This document shows, piece by piece, positions 8,137 through 22,729 of a stretch of 64,000 bases of DNA; position 1 is the stretch's first letter; each line of letters begins with the position of its first letter. The notes under the pieces are model-generated. The model was given only the letters and a program-made list of their open reading frames with translations. It ran no database searches and was not told where the DNA came from. The DNA is taken from positions 6,751 through 70,750 of the forward strand of contig DATHGT010000059.1 in assembly GCA_035317605.1 (NCBI GenBank), written 5' to 3'. Origin of the DNA: Candidatus Acidiferrum sp. Its GTDB lineage: Bacteria > Methylomirabilota > Methylomirabilia > Rokubacteriales > CSP1-6. The translations under genes and the position numbers were made by a program.

Positions 8137-8411
8137 TGAAGAAGCTGATCGCGATCACGGCCATGGTGACGGGACTCGCGTTCACGGGTGTGGCCCTGGC
8201 CAGCACCTGCCCGCTGCTGATCAAGCAGGGCAAGGACGCGGTCTCCAAGCTGAAGGCCGACGACCCGAAGGCGAAAGAGGCGACCGCCAAGCTCGCCGAA
8301 GCGCAGAAGCTGCACGACGACGGTAAGCATGCCGATTCCGTGAAGAAGGCCAACGAGGCGCTGACGCTCCTCGGGGTCAAGGCCGGTGAGAAGGGCGCTG
8401 AGACGAAGTAG
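8136..8411 (+). CDS. Small secreted Lys/Ala-rich protein (signal peptide), hypothetical
   Basis: Its ATG overlaps the uvrC stop (TGATG). The signal peptide is MKKLIAITAMVTGLAFTGVALA. The mature part is a K/A/E-rich helix. Confidence 0.5.
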   Translation: MKKLIAITAMVTGLAFTGVALASTCPLLIKQGKDAVSKLKADDPKAKEATAKLAEAQKLHDDGKHADSVKKANEALTLLGVKAGEKGAETK

Positions 8412-8516
8412 TGGCTGACCGCTCGGGGAATTCGCGGGGCGTCTCGGCTCGACCGAGGCGCCCCGAGTCCCCGAATTGCCTCCCTGCGGGCAGTCTGGTA
8501 GAAAATCAACCCTGAC

Positions 8517-11024
8517 ATGTCGACCGACCGGTATCCCTTCCGCGAGATCGAGTCCAAGTGGCAGCGGATCTGGGAAGAGCGCCGGCAGTTCCACGTCACC
8601 GAAGAGCCGGGGCGTCCCAAGTTCTACTGCCTGGAGATGTTCCCGTATCCGTCCGGGCGCATCCACATGGGGCACGTCCGCGTCTACGCCATCGGCGATC
8701 TGATCGCCCGCTACAAGTGGATGCGCGGCTTCAACGTGCTCCACCCGATGGGCTGGGACGCCTTCGGCCTGCCCGCCGAGAACGCGGCCATCGAGCACGG
8801 CGTGCATCCGGCCATCTGGACGTACGAGAACATCGACTACATGCGCTCGCAGCTCAAGAAGATGGGGATCTCGTACGACTGGGACCGCGAGGTCGCGACC
8901 TGCGACCCCTCGTACTACAGGTGGGAGCAGCTGATCTTCATCAAGATGCTGGAGCGCGGGCTCGCGTACCGCCGCCGGTCCACCGTCAACTGGTGTCCGT
9001 CGTGCCAGACCGTGCTCGCCAACGAGCAGGTGGAAGCGGGCCGCTGCTGGCGCTGCGACTCCGAGGTCACCCCGCGCGAGATCGAGGGCTGGTTCTTCAA
9101 GATCACCGCCTACGCCGAGGAGCTGCTCGCGTGGTGCGACCGGCTGCCGGGCTGGCCCGAGCGCGTGCTCACCATGCAGCGCAACTGGATCGGCAAGAGC
9201 GAGGGCGCCGAGTTCGACCTGCCCGTGGAGGGCGCGCCCGAGGGGCGCGCGGACGCGCCCGAGCGGCGCATCCGCGTCTTCACCACGCGCCCGGACACCT
9301 CCTTCGGCATGACCTACGTGGTGCTCGCCCCCGAGCATCCGCTCGTCGATCGTCTGTTCGTCGACGACGCCGAGCGCCAGCGGGTGGCCGCCTTCCGCGC
9401 CGAGGTCGCGCGGCAATCGGAGATCGAGCGGCTGGCCGCCGACCGTCCCAAGCGCGGGCTGCGCCTCTCGGCGCGCGCCGTCAATCCCTTCACGGCCACC
9501 GCGGTTCCGATCTTCATCGCCGACTACGTGCTGATGGGCTACGGCACCGGCGCGATCATGGCCGTGCCCGGCGAGGACCAGCGCGACTGGGAGTTCGCCA
9601 AGCAGCACGGCCTGCCGATCATCGAGACCGTGCAGCGTCCCGCGGGCTGGACGGGCGAGGCGTATACCGGCGACGGGGTCAAGGTCAACTCCGGCTTCCT
9701 CGACGGGCTCACCATTCCCGCGGCCAAGCGGCGGGCCATCGAGTGGCTGATCGAGCGCGGTCTCGGCGAGGCCAAGGTCAACTACCGGCTGCGCGACTGG
9801 GGCATCAGCCGCCAGCGCTACTGGGGCGCGCCGATCCCGGTCCTCTACTGCGCGACGTGCGGGATGGTGCCGGAGCGCGAAGAGAACCTTCCGGTGGTGC
9901 TCCCGCGCGACGTGCAGATCAGCGGCAAGGGCGGCTCGCCGCTCGCCGAGGTGGCCAGCTTCGTCAACGCGCGCTGTCCCAAGTGCGGCGGCAGCGCGCG
10001 CCGCGACACCGATACCATGGACACGTTCGTCGAGTCGTCCTGGTACTTCCTGCGCTACTGCTCGCCCCGCTTCGAGGGCGGCATGGTGGAGCCCGCCGCC
10101 TCCGACTACTGGATGCCGGTCGACCAGTACATCGGCGGCATCGAGCACGCGGTGCTCCACCTGCTCTACGCGCGGTTCTACACCAAGGTCCTGCGCGACC
10201 TCGGCCTGGTGAAGGTCGACGAGCCGTTCATGGCCCTCCTGAGCCAGGGCATGGTCATCAAGGACGGCGCCAAGATGTCGAAGTCCAAGGGCAACGTCGT
10301 CGATCCCGACGAGCTGATCGAGACGCTCGGCGCGGACACCGCGCGGCTCTTCTCGCTCTTCGCGGCGCCGCCCGAGAAGGACCTGGACTGGAACGATCAC
10401 GGTGTCGAGGGCGCCTCCCGCTTCCTGAACCGGATCTGGCGCCTGGTGCTGGGGCAAGGGGAAGAGTTGACGAACGCGCCACGCGCGGCCGTGGACCCGC
10501 TGACGGGGGCGGGGCGGGCGTTTCGGCGGACGATTCACGAGACGATCCAGCGCGTGACGCACGACCTGGAGGACGAGTTCCACTTCAACACCGCGGTGAG
10601 CGCGATCATGGAGCTCGTCAACGCGCTCTACGCCTTCGAGGCCGCCACGCTCGAGGACATGTCGCTGGAGGAGCGGCGGGCGCTCCTGCGGGAGGCCGTC
10701 GAGACCGTCACCCTGCTGCTCGCGCCGTTCTGTCCGCACGTCGCCGAGGAGCTGTGGTCGGTGCTCGGCCACGCGGACAGCGTGTTCCGTCACCCGTGGC
10801 CCCTCGCCGATGCCGCCGCGCTGACGCGCGACGAGGTCACGCTGGTCGTCCAGGTCGACGGCAAGGTGCGCAGCCGGCTCGTGGTGGAGGTGGGCACCGC
10901 CCAGGACCGCATCGAGCGCCTGGCCCTCGACGACGACAAGGTCCGGCCATGGGTCGCGTCCCGGCGCGTCGCCCGCGTGGTCGTGGTGCAGAACCGATTG
11001 GTCAACATCGTGACCGCGGCATGA
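8517..11024 (+). CDS. leuS: Leucyl-tRNA synthetase
   Basis: The class I aaRS motifs HMGH and KMSKSKGN are present. Full-length similarity to LeuS includes the editing domain. Confidence 0.95.
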   Translation: MSTDRYPFREIESKWQRIWEERRQFHVTEEPGRPKFYCLEMFPYPSGRIHMGHVRVYAIGDLIARYKWMRGFNVLHPMGWDAFGLPAENAAIEHGVHPAIWTYENIDYMRSQLKKMGISYDWDREVATCDPSYYRWEQLIFIKMLERGLAYRRRSTVNWCPSCQTVLANEQVEAGRCWRCDSEVTPREIEGWFFKITAYAEELLAWCDRLPGWPERVLTMQRNWIGKSEGAEFDLPVEGAPEGRADAPERRIRVFTTRPDTSFGMTYVVLAPEHPLVDRLFVDDAERQRVAAFRAEVARQSEIERLAADRPKRGLRLSARAVNPFTATAVPIFIADYVLMGYGTGAIMAVPGEDQRDWEFAKQHGLPIIETVQRPAGWTGEAYTGDGVKVNSGFLDGLTIPAAKRRAIEWLIERGLGEAKVNYRLRDWGISRQRYWGAPIPVLYCATCGMVPEREENLPVVLPRDVQISGKGGSPLAEVASFVNARCPKCGGSARRDTDTMDTFVESSWYFLRYCSPRFEGGMVEPAASDYWMPVDQYIGGIEHAVLHLLYARFYTKVLRDLGLVKVDEPFMALLSQGMVIKDGAKMSKSKGNVVDPDELIETLGADTARLFSLFAAPPEKDLDWNDHGVEGASRFLNRIWRLVLGQGEELTNAPRAAVDPLTGAGRAFRRTIHETIQRVTHDLEDEFHFNTAVSAIMELVNALYAFEAATLEDMSLEERRALLREAVETVTLLLAPFCPHVAEELWSVLGHADSVFRHPWPLADAAALTRDEVTLVVQVDGKVRSRLVVEVGTAQDRIERLALDDDKVRPWVASRRVARVVVVQNRLVNIVTAA

Positions 11025-11527
11025 GGGCGGTCGCCGCCCTCGCGGTCGTCCTGGTGACGCTCGCGTGCGCGGGCTGCGGCTATTCGCTGCGCGGCAATCT
11101 CCCCGCTCACATCAAGACCGTGGCGGTGCCCATCTTCCAGAACCGCACGCCCGTGCCCGCCGTCGAGAACTTCCTCACCAACGCGGTGGTCAACGCGTTT
11201 TCGGCCAACGGGCGCCTGCGGGTGACCACCGTGGACCGGGCCGACGCCATCCTCGACGGTGAGATCACGAGCTACGTCCTCCAGTCGATCGCCTACGACG
11301 CGGCGGCCAACATCCGACAGTTCCGTCTGACCGTCACGCTGAATCTGCGCTTCCGCGACGTCCGGCGCAACGAGGTGCTCTTCCAGCGCACCGGCTTCGC
11401 GGACCGCGCCGACTTCGCGGTGCCCGGCACGGTGGCGGAGACGATCACCACGTCGGAAAGCGCGCTCCAGCAGGCGGCCACGGACATCGCGCGGTCGGTG
11501 GTGAGCTTCGCCGTCGAGCGGTTTTGA
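11021..11527 (+). CDS. lptE: LPS-assembly lipoprotein LptE
   Basis: The ATG overlaps the leuS stop (ATGA). The lipobox AGCGYSLRG is present (compare E. coli AGCGWHLRD). The leuS-lptE-holA order is conserved. Confidence 0.7.
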   Translation: MRAVAALAVVLVTLACAGCGYSLRGNLPAHIKTVAVPIFQNRTPVPAVENFLTNAVVNAFSANGRLRVTTVDRADAILDGEITSYVLQSIAYDAAANIRQFRLTVTLNLRFRDVRRNEVLFQRTGFADRADFAVPGTVAETITTSESALQQAATDIARSVVSFAVERF

Positions 11528-11535
11528 TCAATTAC

Positions 11536-11689
11536 ATGGGGGGCTCCGGGCGCCCCCCAAGCCCCCCCTTGGTGGCTCGGGGCGCCCCGGCGGAGCCGTG
11601 GCGACCGTCGAGATGGGGGGCTCCGGGCGCCCCCCAAGCCCCCCATTGGTGCCTCGGGCTGCCCCGGCGGAGCCGTGGCACCCCTCGAA
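11536..11689. repeat. Tandem direct repeat of two 77-bp units. Each unit contains a GC hairpin GGGGGGC-TCCGGGC-GCCCCCC.
   Basis: Units 11536-11612 and 11613-11689 are near-identical (ATGGGGGGCTCCGGGCGCCCCCCAAGCCCCCC..GGCGGAGCCGTGGC). They lie in the lptE-holA junction. Confidence 0.8.
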
Positions 11690-12721
11690 ACGCTGGGTGG
11701 TGACGCGGTGGATCCGACGGCCTTTCTGCGCCTGATCGAACGCGGGCAGGTGCCTCCGCTCGCGCTCGTGCACGGGGCCGACGCCCAGCTCACGGACGAT
11801 TGCCTCGCCGCGGTGAGCCGCGCGCTGTTCCCCGATCCCGCCCACGCCGCCTTCGATCGCGAGATCCTAGACGGGCGCGAGGCGAGCGTGGACCACGTGG
11901 TCAGCGCGGCCCTCACGCTGCCGTTCGGCGCCGCGGCCCGGCTGGTGGCGGTCCGCCACTGCCAGGCGCTCGCGGCGAAGGGGAGCGAGGCGTTCGGCCC
12001 GTACGCCAAGGCGCCGAGCCCGACCAGCGTCTTGCTGTTGCTCGCCGACGAATCGCTGCGCGCCGGTCGCGAGCGCAAATCCGATCACTGGCTGCTCGGT
12101 GTGGTGCCGTCCGCCGCGGTGGTGGAACCGGTGGCCCGGCGCGGGCGCGCGCTCGAGGAGTGGCTGCGCCAGCGCGCTCAGCTCGACGACCTCACGGTGA
12201 GCGAAGGGGCGGCGCGGCTGCTGGTGTCGTGGGTCGGTGACGATCCCGCGCTGCTGGTCGGTGAAGTCCGCAAGGCCGCGCTGGCCGGCGGTCCCGAGAA
12301 CCGCAACGTGGGCGAGGCCGAGGTGCGGGCCGTGGTGGGCGAGCACCGGGTCAGCGGCGTGTTCGATCTCACGCGCGCGCTCGAGCGTCGCGACCTCGCC
12401 CTCGCCCTCCGTACGCTGGACGGATTGCTGGCCACCGAAGAGCCGATGCTGGTGATCGCCATGCTCACGCGCGAGGTGCGGACCGCGTGGACGGTTCAGC
12501 TCTGGCGCCGCGCCGGCCAGTCGATCGACCAGATCGCGCGCATCCTGCGCCGGCCGCCGGGGGCGATCGAGGCGCTGCTCGGCTCGATGGGCGGCGAGTC
12601 GTCCGTCTCGCTCGGGGACAAGCTGCGCCGGTGCTGGGAAGTCGAGCGGGCGCTGAAATCGAGCGGCGAGCCGCGGGCGGAGTTGGCGGTGCTCGTGAGC
12701 GAGCTGTGCTCCGCGCGCTGA
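11675..12721 (+). CDS. holA: DNA polymerase III delta subunit (HolA). The start is uncertain because the ORF begins inside the tandem repeat.
   Basis: The protein is about 340 aa with delta-subunit-like architecture. It sits in the conserved position after leuS-lptE. Confidence 0.65.
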   Translation: MAPLETLGGDAVDPTAFLRLIERGQVPPLALVHGADAQLTDDCLAAVSRALFPDPAHAAFDREILDGREASVDHVVSAALTLPFGAAARLVAVRHCQALAAKGSEAFGPYAKAPSPTSVLLLLADESLRAGRERKSDHWLLGVVPSAAVVEPVARRGRALEEWLRQRAQLDDLTVSEGAARLLVSWVGDDPALLVGEVRKAALAGGPENRNVGEAEVRAVVGEHRVSGVFDLTRALERRDLALALRTLDGLLATEEPMLVIAMLTREVRTAWTVQLWRRAGQSIDQIARILRRPPGAIEALLGSMGGESSVSLGDKLRRCWEVERALKSSGEPRAELAVLVSELCSAR

Positions 12722-14037
12722 GGACGATCGCGCTTCTCGCCCTGACGCTCGCCCCCGCCGTGAGCGAGGCGGCGCCCGCGTGCCCGGAGTGCGTGAGCGC
12801 CGGCGCCGCCCGCGTCGCCTTGACCGTGCCGGTGGGCACCCCGCTGGCGGGCTACGGAGACCGCGCGCGGCGCCTGGCCTTCCCCGACGTGCTCGGACGT
12901 CATCCTCATGCGTTCTGGTTTCGTCCGAGCGAGGGCTCGCGCGATCCGCTGGCCGTCCGCGCGCTCGTGCTCGAGGGGGGCGGCCGGCGGCTGACCTGGC
13001 TGACCGTCGACCTGATCGCGGTCGATCGCGCGTTCACTCAGCGGGTCGCGCGCGGGCTCACCGACGCGGGCCTGCCGCCGGGCGCGCTCATCGTCTCGGC
13101 CTCGCACACGCACTCCGGCCCCGGCGCGTTCATGGAGTCGGGCGTGTTCGGTTTCCTCGCGATCGACCGGTTCGATGGCGAGGTGAGGGACGCCCTGGTG
13201 ACGAGCCTGGTCGAGGCGGCGCGCCGTGCCGATCGGGCCAAGGTGCCGGCGCGAGTGGCGAGCGCCGCCGTGAAGGGTCCCGATCTCACCGTGCCCCGTC
13301 TGAAGCGGCCCACCCGTCCGGTCGATCGAGAGGTCGTGGTGGTGAAGATCGTCTCCGACGCCGGCGAGCCGATCGCCGCCGTCTGGAACTACGCCATCCA
13401 CGGCACCACCCTCGCCGGCGTCAACCTGCGCTTCTCCGCCGACGTGATGGGCGCGGCGAGCCGGGAGATCGAGCGAACGACTGGCGTCCCCGCGCTCTTC
13501 GTCAACGGAGCGGTCGCCGACGTGAGCCCGTCGCGTCACGGCGAGATCGAGAGCGACCACGCCGGCCGCGAGCTGGCCGCGGCCGTGCGATCAGCGTGGG
13601 AGGCCGCCGAGCCCGCGATGCCGGCTCCGCTCGCCCTGGCCGAGACCCGGGTCGCGCTGGCGCCGCCGTATCTCTCGCTGCGCAACTGCACGGGGTCGTG
13701 GGTTCCCCGCTGGCTCACCGCGCCGCTCGGCAAGCTCTTGCCCGGCGACGCGGAGCTGATCGGCGCCCGCCTCGGCGACGTCGCTTGGGTGACGGTCCCC
13801 GGCGAGCTGCAATCGCTCCTCGGCGAGACCGTCAAGCGGGCCGGCCGGCCGGCGCTTCCCCGCGTGTTCGTCGCCGGACTCTCGAACGACTACCTCGGCT
13901 ACTTCCTGGCCGCGCCCGACTACGATCGGGTCACCTACGTCGCCTGCGCGACGCTCTACGGCCCGAGCGCCGGCCCGCTCATCACCGACGCCGCCGAGCA
14001 GCTCATCCGCCAGCTCGCGGTGGCTGGCGGTCGCTAG
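12706..14037 (+). CDS. Secreted neutral/alkaline ceramidase-family hydrolase (N-terminal catalytic domain only)
   Basis: The motifs ASHTHSGPG and NGAVADVSPS resemble the ceramidase xHTHSGP and GDVSPN motifs. A GTG start at 12706 gives the signal peptide LRALRTIALLALTLAPAVSEA. The start overlaps the holA 3' end. Confidence 0.55.
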   Translation: MLRALRTIALLALTLAPAVSEAAPACPECVSAGAARVALTVPVGTPLAGYGDRARRLAFPDVLGRHPHAFWFRPSEGSRDPLAVRALVLEGGGRRLTWLTVDLIAVDRAFTQRVARGLTDAGLPPGALIVSASHTHSGPGAFMESGVFGFLAIDRFDGEVRDALVTSLVEAARRADRAKVPARVASAAVKGPDLTVPRLKRPTRPVDREVVVVKIVSDAGEPIAAVWNYAIHGTTLAGVNLRFSADVMGAASREIERTTGVPALFVNGAVADVSPSRHGEIESDHAGRELAAAVRSAWEAAEPAMPAPLALAETRVALAPPYLSLRNCTGSWVPRWLTAPLGKLLPGDAELIGARLGDVAWVTVPGELQSLLGETVKRAGRPALPRVFVAGLSNDYLGYFLAAPDYDRVTYVACATLYGPSAGPLITDAAEQLIRQLAVAGGR

Positions 14038-14061
14038 GGGCGGGGACGGGTGAGCTCGAGG

Positions 14062-14322
14062 CTACTTGGCGACGTTGAGGCGGCGGGCGAGGGCGGACTT
14101 CTTGCGGGCGGCGGTGTTGCGGTGAATGACACCCTTGGTGACGGCCTTGTCCAGGGTGCGGATGGCGTGGAGCACGGCCGTGCGCGCGTCCTCGCCCGGC
14201 GTGGTCACCGCGGTGCGCGCGGTCTTGAGCGCGGACCGCACGTGCGACCGCACGGTGCGGTTGCGCAGGCGCCGCTTCTCGGTGGTGCGTATTCGTTTGA
14301 TCGCCGACTTCGTATTGGCCAC
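14062..14322 (-). CDS. rpsT: 30S ribosomal protein S20
   Basis: MANTKSAIKRIRTTEKRRLRN... is an S20-like basic 86-aa protein. It is divergent from murJ, as in many bacteria. Confidence 0.9.
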   Translation of the reverse strand: MANTKSAIKRIRTTEKRRLRNRTVRSHVRSALKTARTAVTTPGEDARTAVLHAIRTLDKAVTKGVIHRNTAARKKSALARRLNVAK

Positions 14323-14384
14323 TCGATGACTCCTTTGGTTGCTGAGACCCGAGCAGCATGCCGTAACGCCGGCGGAATTGCAAG

Positions 14385-15965
14385 GTGAGCGCGCCGCCGC
14401 GGGCCGAGGAGCACCAGGTCGTCCGAGCGCTCGGCTCCATCGGCGCGGCCACGCTGGCCAGCCGGGTGCTGGGCTTCGTGCGCGACATGGTGATCGCGCT
14501 CACCTTCGGCGCCGGCGGCGTCACCGACGCCTTCGTGGTGGCGTTCCGGATCCCCAATATGCTCAGGCGGCTGCTCGGGGAGGGCGCGCTGTCGACCGCG
14601 GTCATCCCGGTGTTCACCGACTACGCGCTGAACCGATCGCGCGACGAGTTCGTGCGGATGATCCGCGCGGTCCTGGCCGCGGGCCTCCTCGTGATCGGGT
14701 TGACGATCGTGTGCGGCATCGTGGGGGCGCCGCTGATCCTCCGCGCGATCGCGCCGGGCTTCGGAGGCGATTCCCCCCAGGCCTCGCTGACGATCCTCCT
14801 CACCCGCGTGATGTTTCCCTACCTGCTCCTGGTCGGTCTCGGCGCCCTCGCCATGGGCGCGCTGAACACCCACGGGCGATTCTTCGCCTCCGCTCTCGGA
14901 CCGGCCCTGCTGAACGTCGGGATCATCGCCGCGGTGCTGCTGCTGGCCCGTCGCGTGGAGCCGCCGATCCTCGCCCTCGCCATCGGCGTGCTCGTCGGCG
15001 GCGTCGCCCAGCTCCTCGCGCAGGTCCCGAGCCTGCGGCGCCTGGGACTGCTCGTCGGACCGTCCCTCGATCTGGGCCATCCGGCCCTCGGTCGCGTGGC
15101 GCGGCTGCTGCTGCCGGCGGTGTTCGGTCTCGCCGCGGTGCAGGTGACGGTCTTCGTCAACACGCTGCTCGCCTCGCTGCTGCCGCCGGGGAGCATCTCG
15201 TTTCTCTACTACGCGGACCGGATCATGGAGTTTCCCCTGGGGATCTTCGGCATCGCGCTGGCGTCGGCCTCGCTGCCGGCGATGTCGCGGGCCGCGGCGC
15301 GCGGCGATCGCCGGGCGATCGGCACGACCCTGACCTTCGCGCTCGGGCTGTCCTTCTACGTGGCGGTGCCCGCCACCGTCGGTCTCGTGCTCCTGCGCGC
15401 GCCCATCGTGCGCGTGCTCTTCGAGCGGGGCGAGTTCACCGCGGCCGACACGGCGGCGACCGCCCAGACGCTGGTCGGATACGCCGTCGGCCTCGTCGCG
15501 TTCTCGGGCGCTCGCATCGTGGCGCAGGCGTTCTACGCCGTCCAGACGCCGGGCGTGGCCGTGAAGCTCGGGCTCTTCTCGGTCGCGGCCAACGTCGTCG
15601 CCGCCGTCTCGCTGATGGGGCCGCTCGGCCACACGGGCTTGGCGCTGGCCTCGTCGATCTCCGCGTGGGTCAACTTCGCGACGCTCGCCTGGGTGGCGCG
15701 CACGCGTTTCGGCGGCCTCGACCCGCGCGAGCTGGCCACGAGCCTCGCGCGCACGACCATCGCGTCGGCCGTGCTCGGGGCCTTCTGCATCGGCTGTCTC
15801 AGGCTCTGGCCGCTCGCCCCGTCCCGTCTCATCGAAGCCGCCTGCCTCGCCGCCGCGATCGCGGGCGGAGCCGTGGTGTTCTGGCTCACCAGCGCGCTCC
15901 TCGGCGCCCCCGAACGCCGCGCGCTGTCGCGCCTCCACCGATCGTCACCGACGGCCATGCTATAA
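14385..15965 (+). CDS. murJ: Lipid II flippase MurJ (MviN)
   Basis: The N-terminus has SRVLGFVRDMVIALTFGAGGVTDAFVVAFRIPNMLRRLLGEGA. The protein is a multi-TM protein of about 520 aa. Confidence 0.9.
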   Translation: MSAPPRAEEHQVVRALGSIGAATLASRVLGFVRDMVIALTFGAGGVTDAFVVAFRIPNMLRRLLGEGALSTAVIPVFTDYALNRSRDEFVRMIRAVLAAGLLVIGLTIVCGIVGAPLILRAIAPGFGGDSPQASLTILLTRVMFPYLLLVGLGALAMGALNTHGRFFASALGPALLNVGIIAAVLLLARRVEPPILALAIGVLVGGVAQLLAQVPSLRRLGLLVGPSLDLGHPALGRVARLLLPAVFGLAAVQVTVFVNTLLASLLPPGSISFLYYADRIMEFPLGIFGIALASASLPAMSRAAARGDRRAIGTTLTFALGLSFYVAVPATVGLVLLRAPIVRVLFERGEFTAADTAATAQTLVGYAVGLVAFSGARIVAQAFYAVQTPGVAVKLGLFSVAANVVAAVSLMGPLGHTGLALASSISAWVNFATLAWVARTRFGGLDPRELATSLARTTIASAVLGAFCIGCLRLWPLAPSRLIEAACLAAAIAGGAVVFWLTSALLGAPERRALSRLHRSSPTAML

Positions 15966-16021
15966 TCCGTCGTGCCCTTCCCGTCCGGATCGATGTTCGA
16001 GGTCCGCCGGTGGCGCGGTCG

Positions 16022-17029
16022 GTGAGCGACGCGCCCGGGCGCACCCGACCCCTTCCCGAGCCACTCCCCACGTATCTCGCCGCGCTGCAGGCCGAGCAGG
16101 GCGTGTCGCCGCACACGCTGGCCGCGTATCGACGCGACCTCACCGACTTCGTGGCGTTCCTCGGACGCCGCCGCGCGCTGTCTGCGGTCGGCCCCGACGA
16201 CGTGGTCGCGTACCTCGGCGCGCTGCGCGCTCGCGGGCTTCGCGCCGCGAGCCTGGCGCGCCGGCTCTCGGCGTTGCGCGGTCTGTATCGCTATCTCGTG
16301 AGAGACGCGGGCTTGTCCCGCGATCCCACCGAGCTGATCGAGCGGCCGCGATTGTCACGTCCGCTGCCCAAGACGCTGCCGCGCGAGACGACGACCGCGC
16401 TGGTCGAGGGACCCGACGTCGACAGCGTGCGCGGCCTGCGCGATCGCGCGCTGCTCGAGACTCTCTACGCGACCGGCATGCGCGCGTCCGAGTGCCTGGG
16501 CTTGCGGCTGGAGGACGTCAACCTCACCGCCGGCTACGTGGTCTGCACGGGCAAGGGCCGAAAGCAGCGACTGATCCCGCTCGGTGCCGAGGCGATCGCC
16601 TGGATCCGCGCGTACCTGGATCGGGCTCGCCCTCAGCACGCGCGCCGTCACGACTGCGGACGGCTGTTCGTGAACCCGCGCGGCCGCGCGCTCTCGCGTC
16701 AATCGTTGTGGACGATCGTGCGCACCGCCGCCGCCCGCGCCGGCGTCACGCATCGGGTGTCGCCTCACGTGCTGCGACACTCCTTCGCCAGTCACCTGCT
16801 CGAGGGCGGCGCGGACCTGCGCGCGGTGCAGGCGATGCTCGGACACGCCGACATCGCCACCACGCAGATCTACACGCACCTGCCGTCGGCGGCTTTGAAG
16901 CGCATGTACCGAGACTTCCATCCCCGGGCGCAAGCCGCACCGGCGCAAGCCACGCGGGTGCCGACTCCGACGGCGCGGGCTCCACGGGCGCAAGCCGCAC
17001 GGGCGCAAGCCCAGCGAGGGCGAGCCTGA
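16022..17029 (+). CDS. XerC/XerD-family tyrosine site-specific recombinase with a low-complexity Ala/Gln/Arg C-terminal tail
   Basis: The N-terminal SAM-like core-binding region is LSPHTLAAYRRDLTDF. The catalytic residues are R..HxLRHSFA..LL..G.DLR..Q..LGH and the terminal tyrosine is in IYTHL. A GTG start is at 16022. Confidence 0.8.
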   Translation: MSDAPGRTRPLPEPLPTYLAALQAEQGVSPHTLAAYRRDLTDFVAFLGRRRALSAVGPDDVVAYLGALRARGLRAASLARRLSALRGLYRYLVRDAGLSRDPTELIERPRLSRPLPKTLPRETTTALVEGPDVDSVRGLRDRALLETLYATGMRASECLGLRLEDVNLTAGYVVCTGKGRKQRLIPLGAEAIAWIRAYLDRARPQHARRHDCGRLFVNPRGRALSRQSLWTIVRTAAARAGVTHRVSPHVLRHSFASHLLEGGADLRAVQAMLGHADIATTQIYTHLPSAALKRMYRDFHPRAQAAPAQATRVPTPTARAPRAQAARAQAQRGRA

Positions 17030-17031
17030 GC

Positions 17032-21131
<4,100 letters not shown>

Positions 21132-21135
<4 letters not shown>

Positions 21136-22103
21136 CGGACCTTCGCCGACGGGCGGCCCGCGTGCTGGAGCTGGAGTCCGCGGCGATCCTGGCGCTCGTC
21201 CCCAGGCTCGACGAGAGCTTCGACGCCGCCGTCGCCCTGCTCGAACGCTGCCGCGGGCGGGTGATCGTCACCGGCATGGGCAAGTCCGGCATCATCGCGC
21301 GGAAGATCGCGGCGACCCTCGCGTCCACGGGGACCCCCGCGCACTTCCTGCACCCCGCCGAGGGCGTGCACGGGGACCTCGGCATGGTCGCGCGCGGCGA
21401 CGTGGTCGTGGTGCTCTCGAATTCCGGGGAGACCGACGAGATCCTGGCGATCGTGCCGCTGCTCAAGCGGCTGGCCGTGCCGATGGTGCTGCTGACCGGC
21501 CATCTCACGTCAGTGCTGGCCCGGCAGTGCGACGTGGTCATCGACGTGAGCGTGCGCGAGGAGGCGTGTCCGGTCAGCCTCGCGCCGACGTCGAGCACGA
21601 CCGCCGCGCTGGCCATGGGCGACGCCCTGGCCATGGCGCTGCTCGATCTCCGCGGCTTGCGGCCCGAAGACTTCGCCGCGCTCCATCCACGCGGCGCGCT
21701 GGGCTGGCGCGCCTCGGTGCGGGTGGCCGATCTCATGCGCGGCGGCGACGCGATGCCGGTCGTGTCCGATGCGGCCCTGCTCAAGGACGTGATCGCCGAG
21801 ATGACTCAGAAAAGCCTGGGCATGACGACGGTGGTCGACGCGGCGGGACGACTGGTCGGCGTCATCACCGACGGCGATCTGCGCCGGCTGCATCTGCGCG
21901 CGGGCTCGATCGGCGAGTTCAGCGCGCGCGATTTCATGACCGGCCACCCGAAGCTCATCGAGAAGGATGCTCTGGCGGCCACCGCGCTCGACCTGATGGA
22001 ACGGAGCGGGCCGATCACGAGCCTGGTGATCGTGGACGAGGCGCTGCGGCCCGTCGGCGTCATTCATCTCCACGACATCCTGCGGGCCAAGATCGACATC
22101 TGA
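21132..22103 (+). CDS. kdsD: Arabinose-5-phosphate isomerase (KdsD/KpsF; SIS plus tandem CBS domains)
   Basis: The SIS motif [26 protein letters not shown] is followed by two CBS domains. The ATG overlaps the kdsA stop. Confidence 0.85.
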
Positions 22104-22171
22104 TCGCGGGTTTTCCTTCCCTCGCTCGCGCGGCGTGTGATAGTGTGGTATCGAATTTGCACTAACAGCAC

Positions 22172-22729
22172 ATGCAACGTTTAGCGAGCCGCATCCTGAT
22201 CGTCGTGGCCGTGTTCGTCGTGGTGATCACGGGCATCCTGATCGCCAGAACGCGGGCGACGCGCGTCGAGTCCGTGGACGGTAACCCCACGAACGCCGAC
22301 ATGGCCATCAAGGCCCTCCAGCTCGAAGAGGATTCGGGCGGAATGCGCTGGCAGCTCAACGCCGACCAGGCGCTGGTGTACGAGGGCGAAGGACTGACCC
22401 GGCTCCGCCGGGTCAACGTGAAAGTGGACGAGCGCCACCGGTCGTGGACGATCGTGGGCGACCAAGGCCTGCTGGATCGGGCCAAGAACCTGGAGATCCG
22501 GGACAACGTGGTCATGACTTCGGACGACGGCCTGCGGCTGGAGACGAGCATCCTGCGCTGGCATGCCGGGGATCGGCGGCTGTGGAGCGAGCGGCCCGTG
22601 AGGATCGTGCGCGGCGGCGCCGTCATCGAGGGGAGTGCGTTCGACGTGAAGATGTCCGACGAAGCGACCACGATTGCCGGGCCGGTGCGGGCCGTGTTCG
22701 ACACGCGACCACGGAGCGCGTCGAAGTGA
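22172..22729 (+). CDS. lptC: LPS export protein LptC
   Basis: The protein has an N-terminal TM anchor followed by a beta-jellyroll-like periplasmic domain. It sits in the conserved kdsD-lptC-lptA-lptB position. Confidence 0.6.
   Translation: MQRLASRILIVVAVFVVVITGILIARTRATRVESVDGNPTNADMAIKALQLEEDSGGMRWQLNADQALVYEGEGLTRLRRVNVKVDERHRSWTIVGDQGLLDRAKNLEIRDNVVMTSDDGLRLETSILRWHAGDRRLWSERPVRIVRGGAVIEGSAFDVKMSDEATTIAGPVRAVFDTRPRSASK

Noticed and set aside
8558-11527. 989-aa plus-strand ORF overlapping leuS in another frame
   Set aside because: Only its last roughly 168 codons (11021-11527) are real (lptE). The rest is an Arg/Pro-rich out-of-frame read-through of leuS.
11675-11700. TGGCAC element at about 11681, a possible sigma-54 -24 box upstream of holA
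   Set aside because: The TTGC -12 element is absent at the required spacing. The match lies inside the tandem repeat and is likely coincidental.
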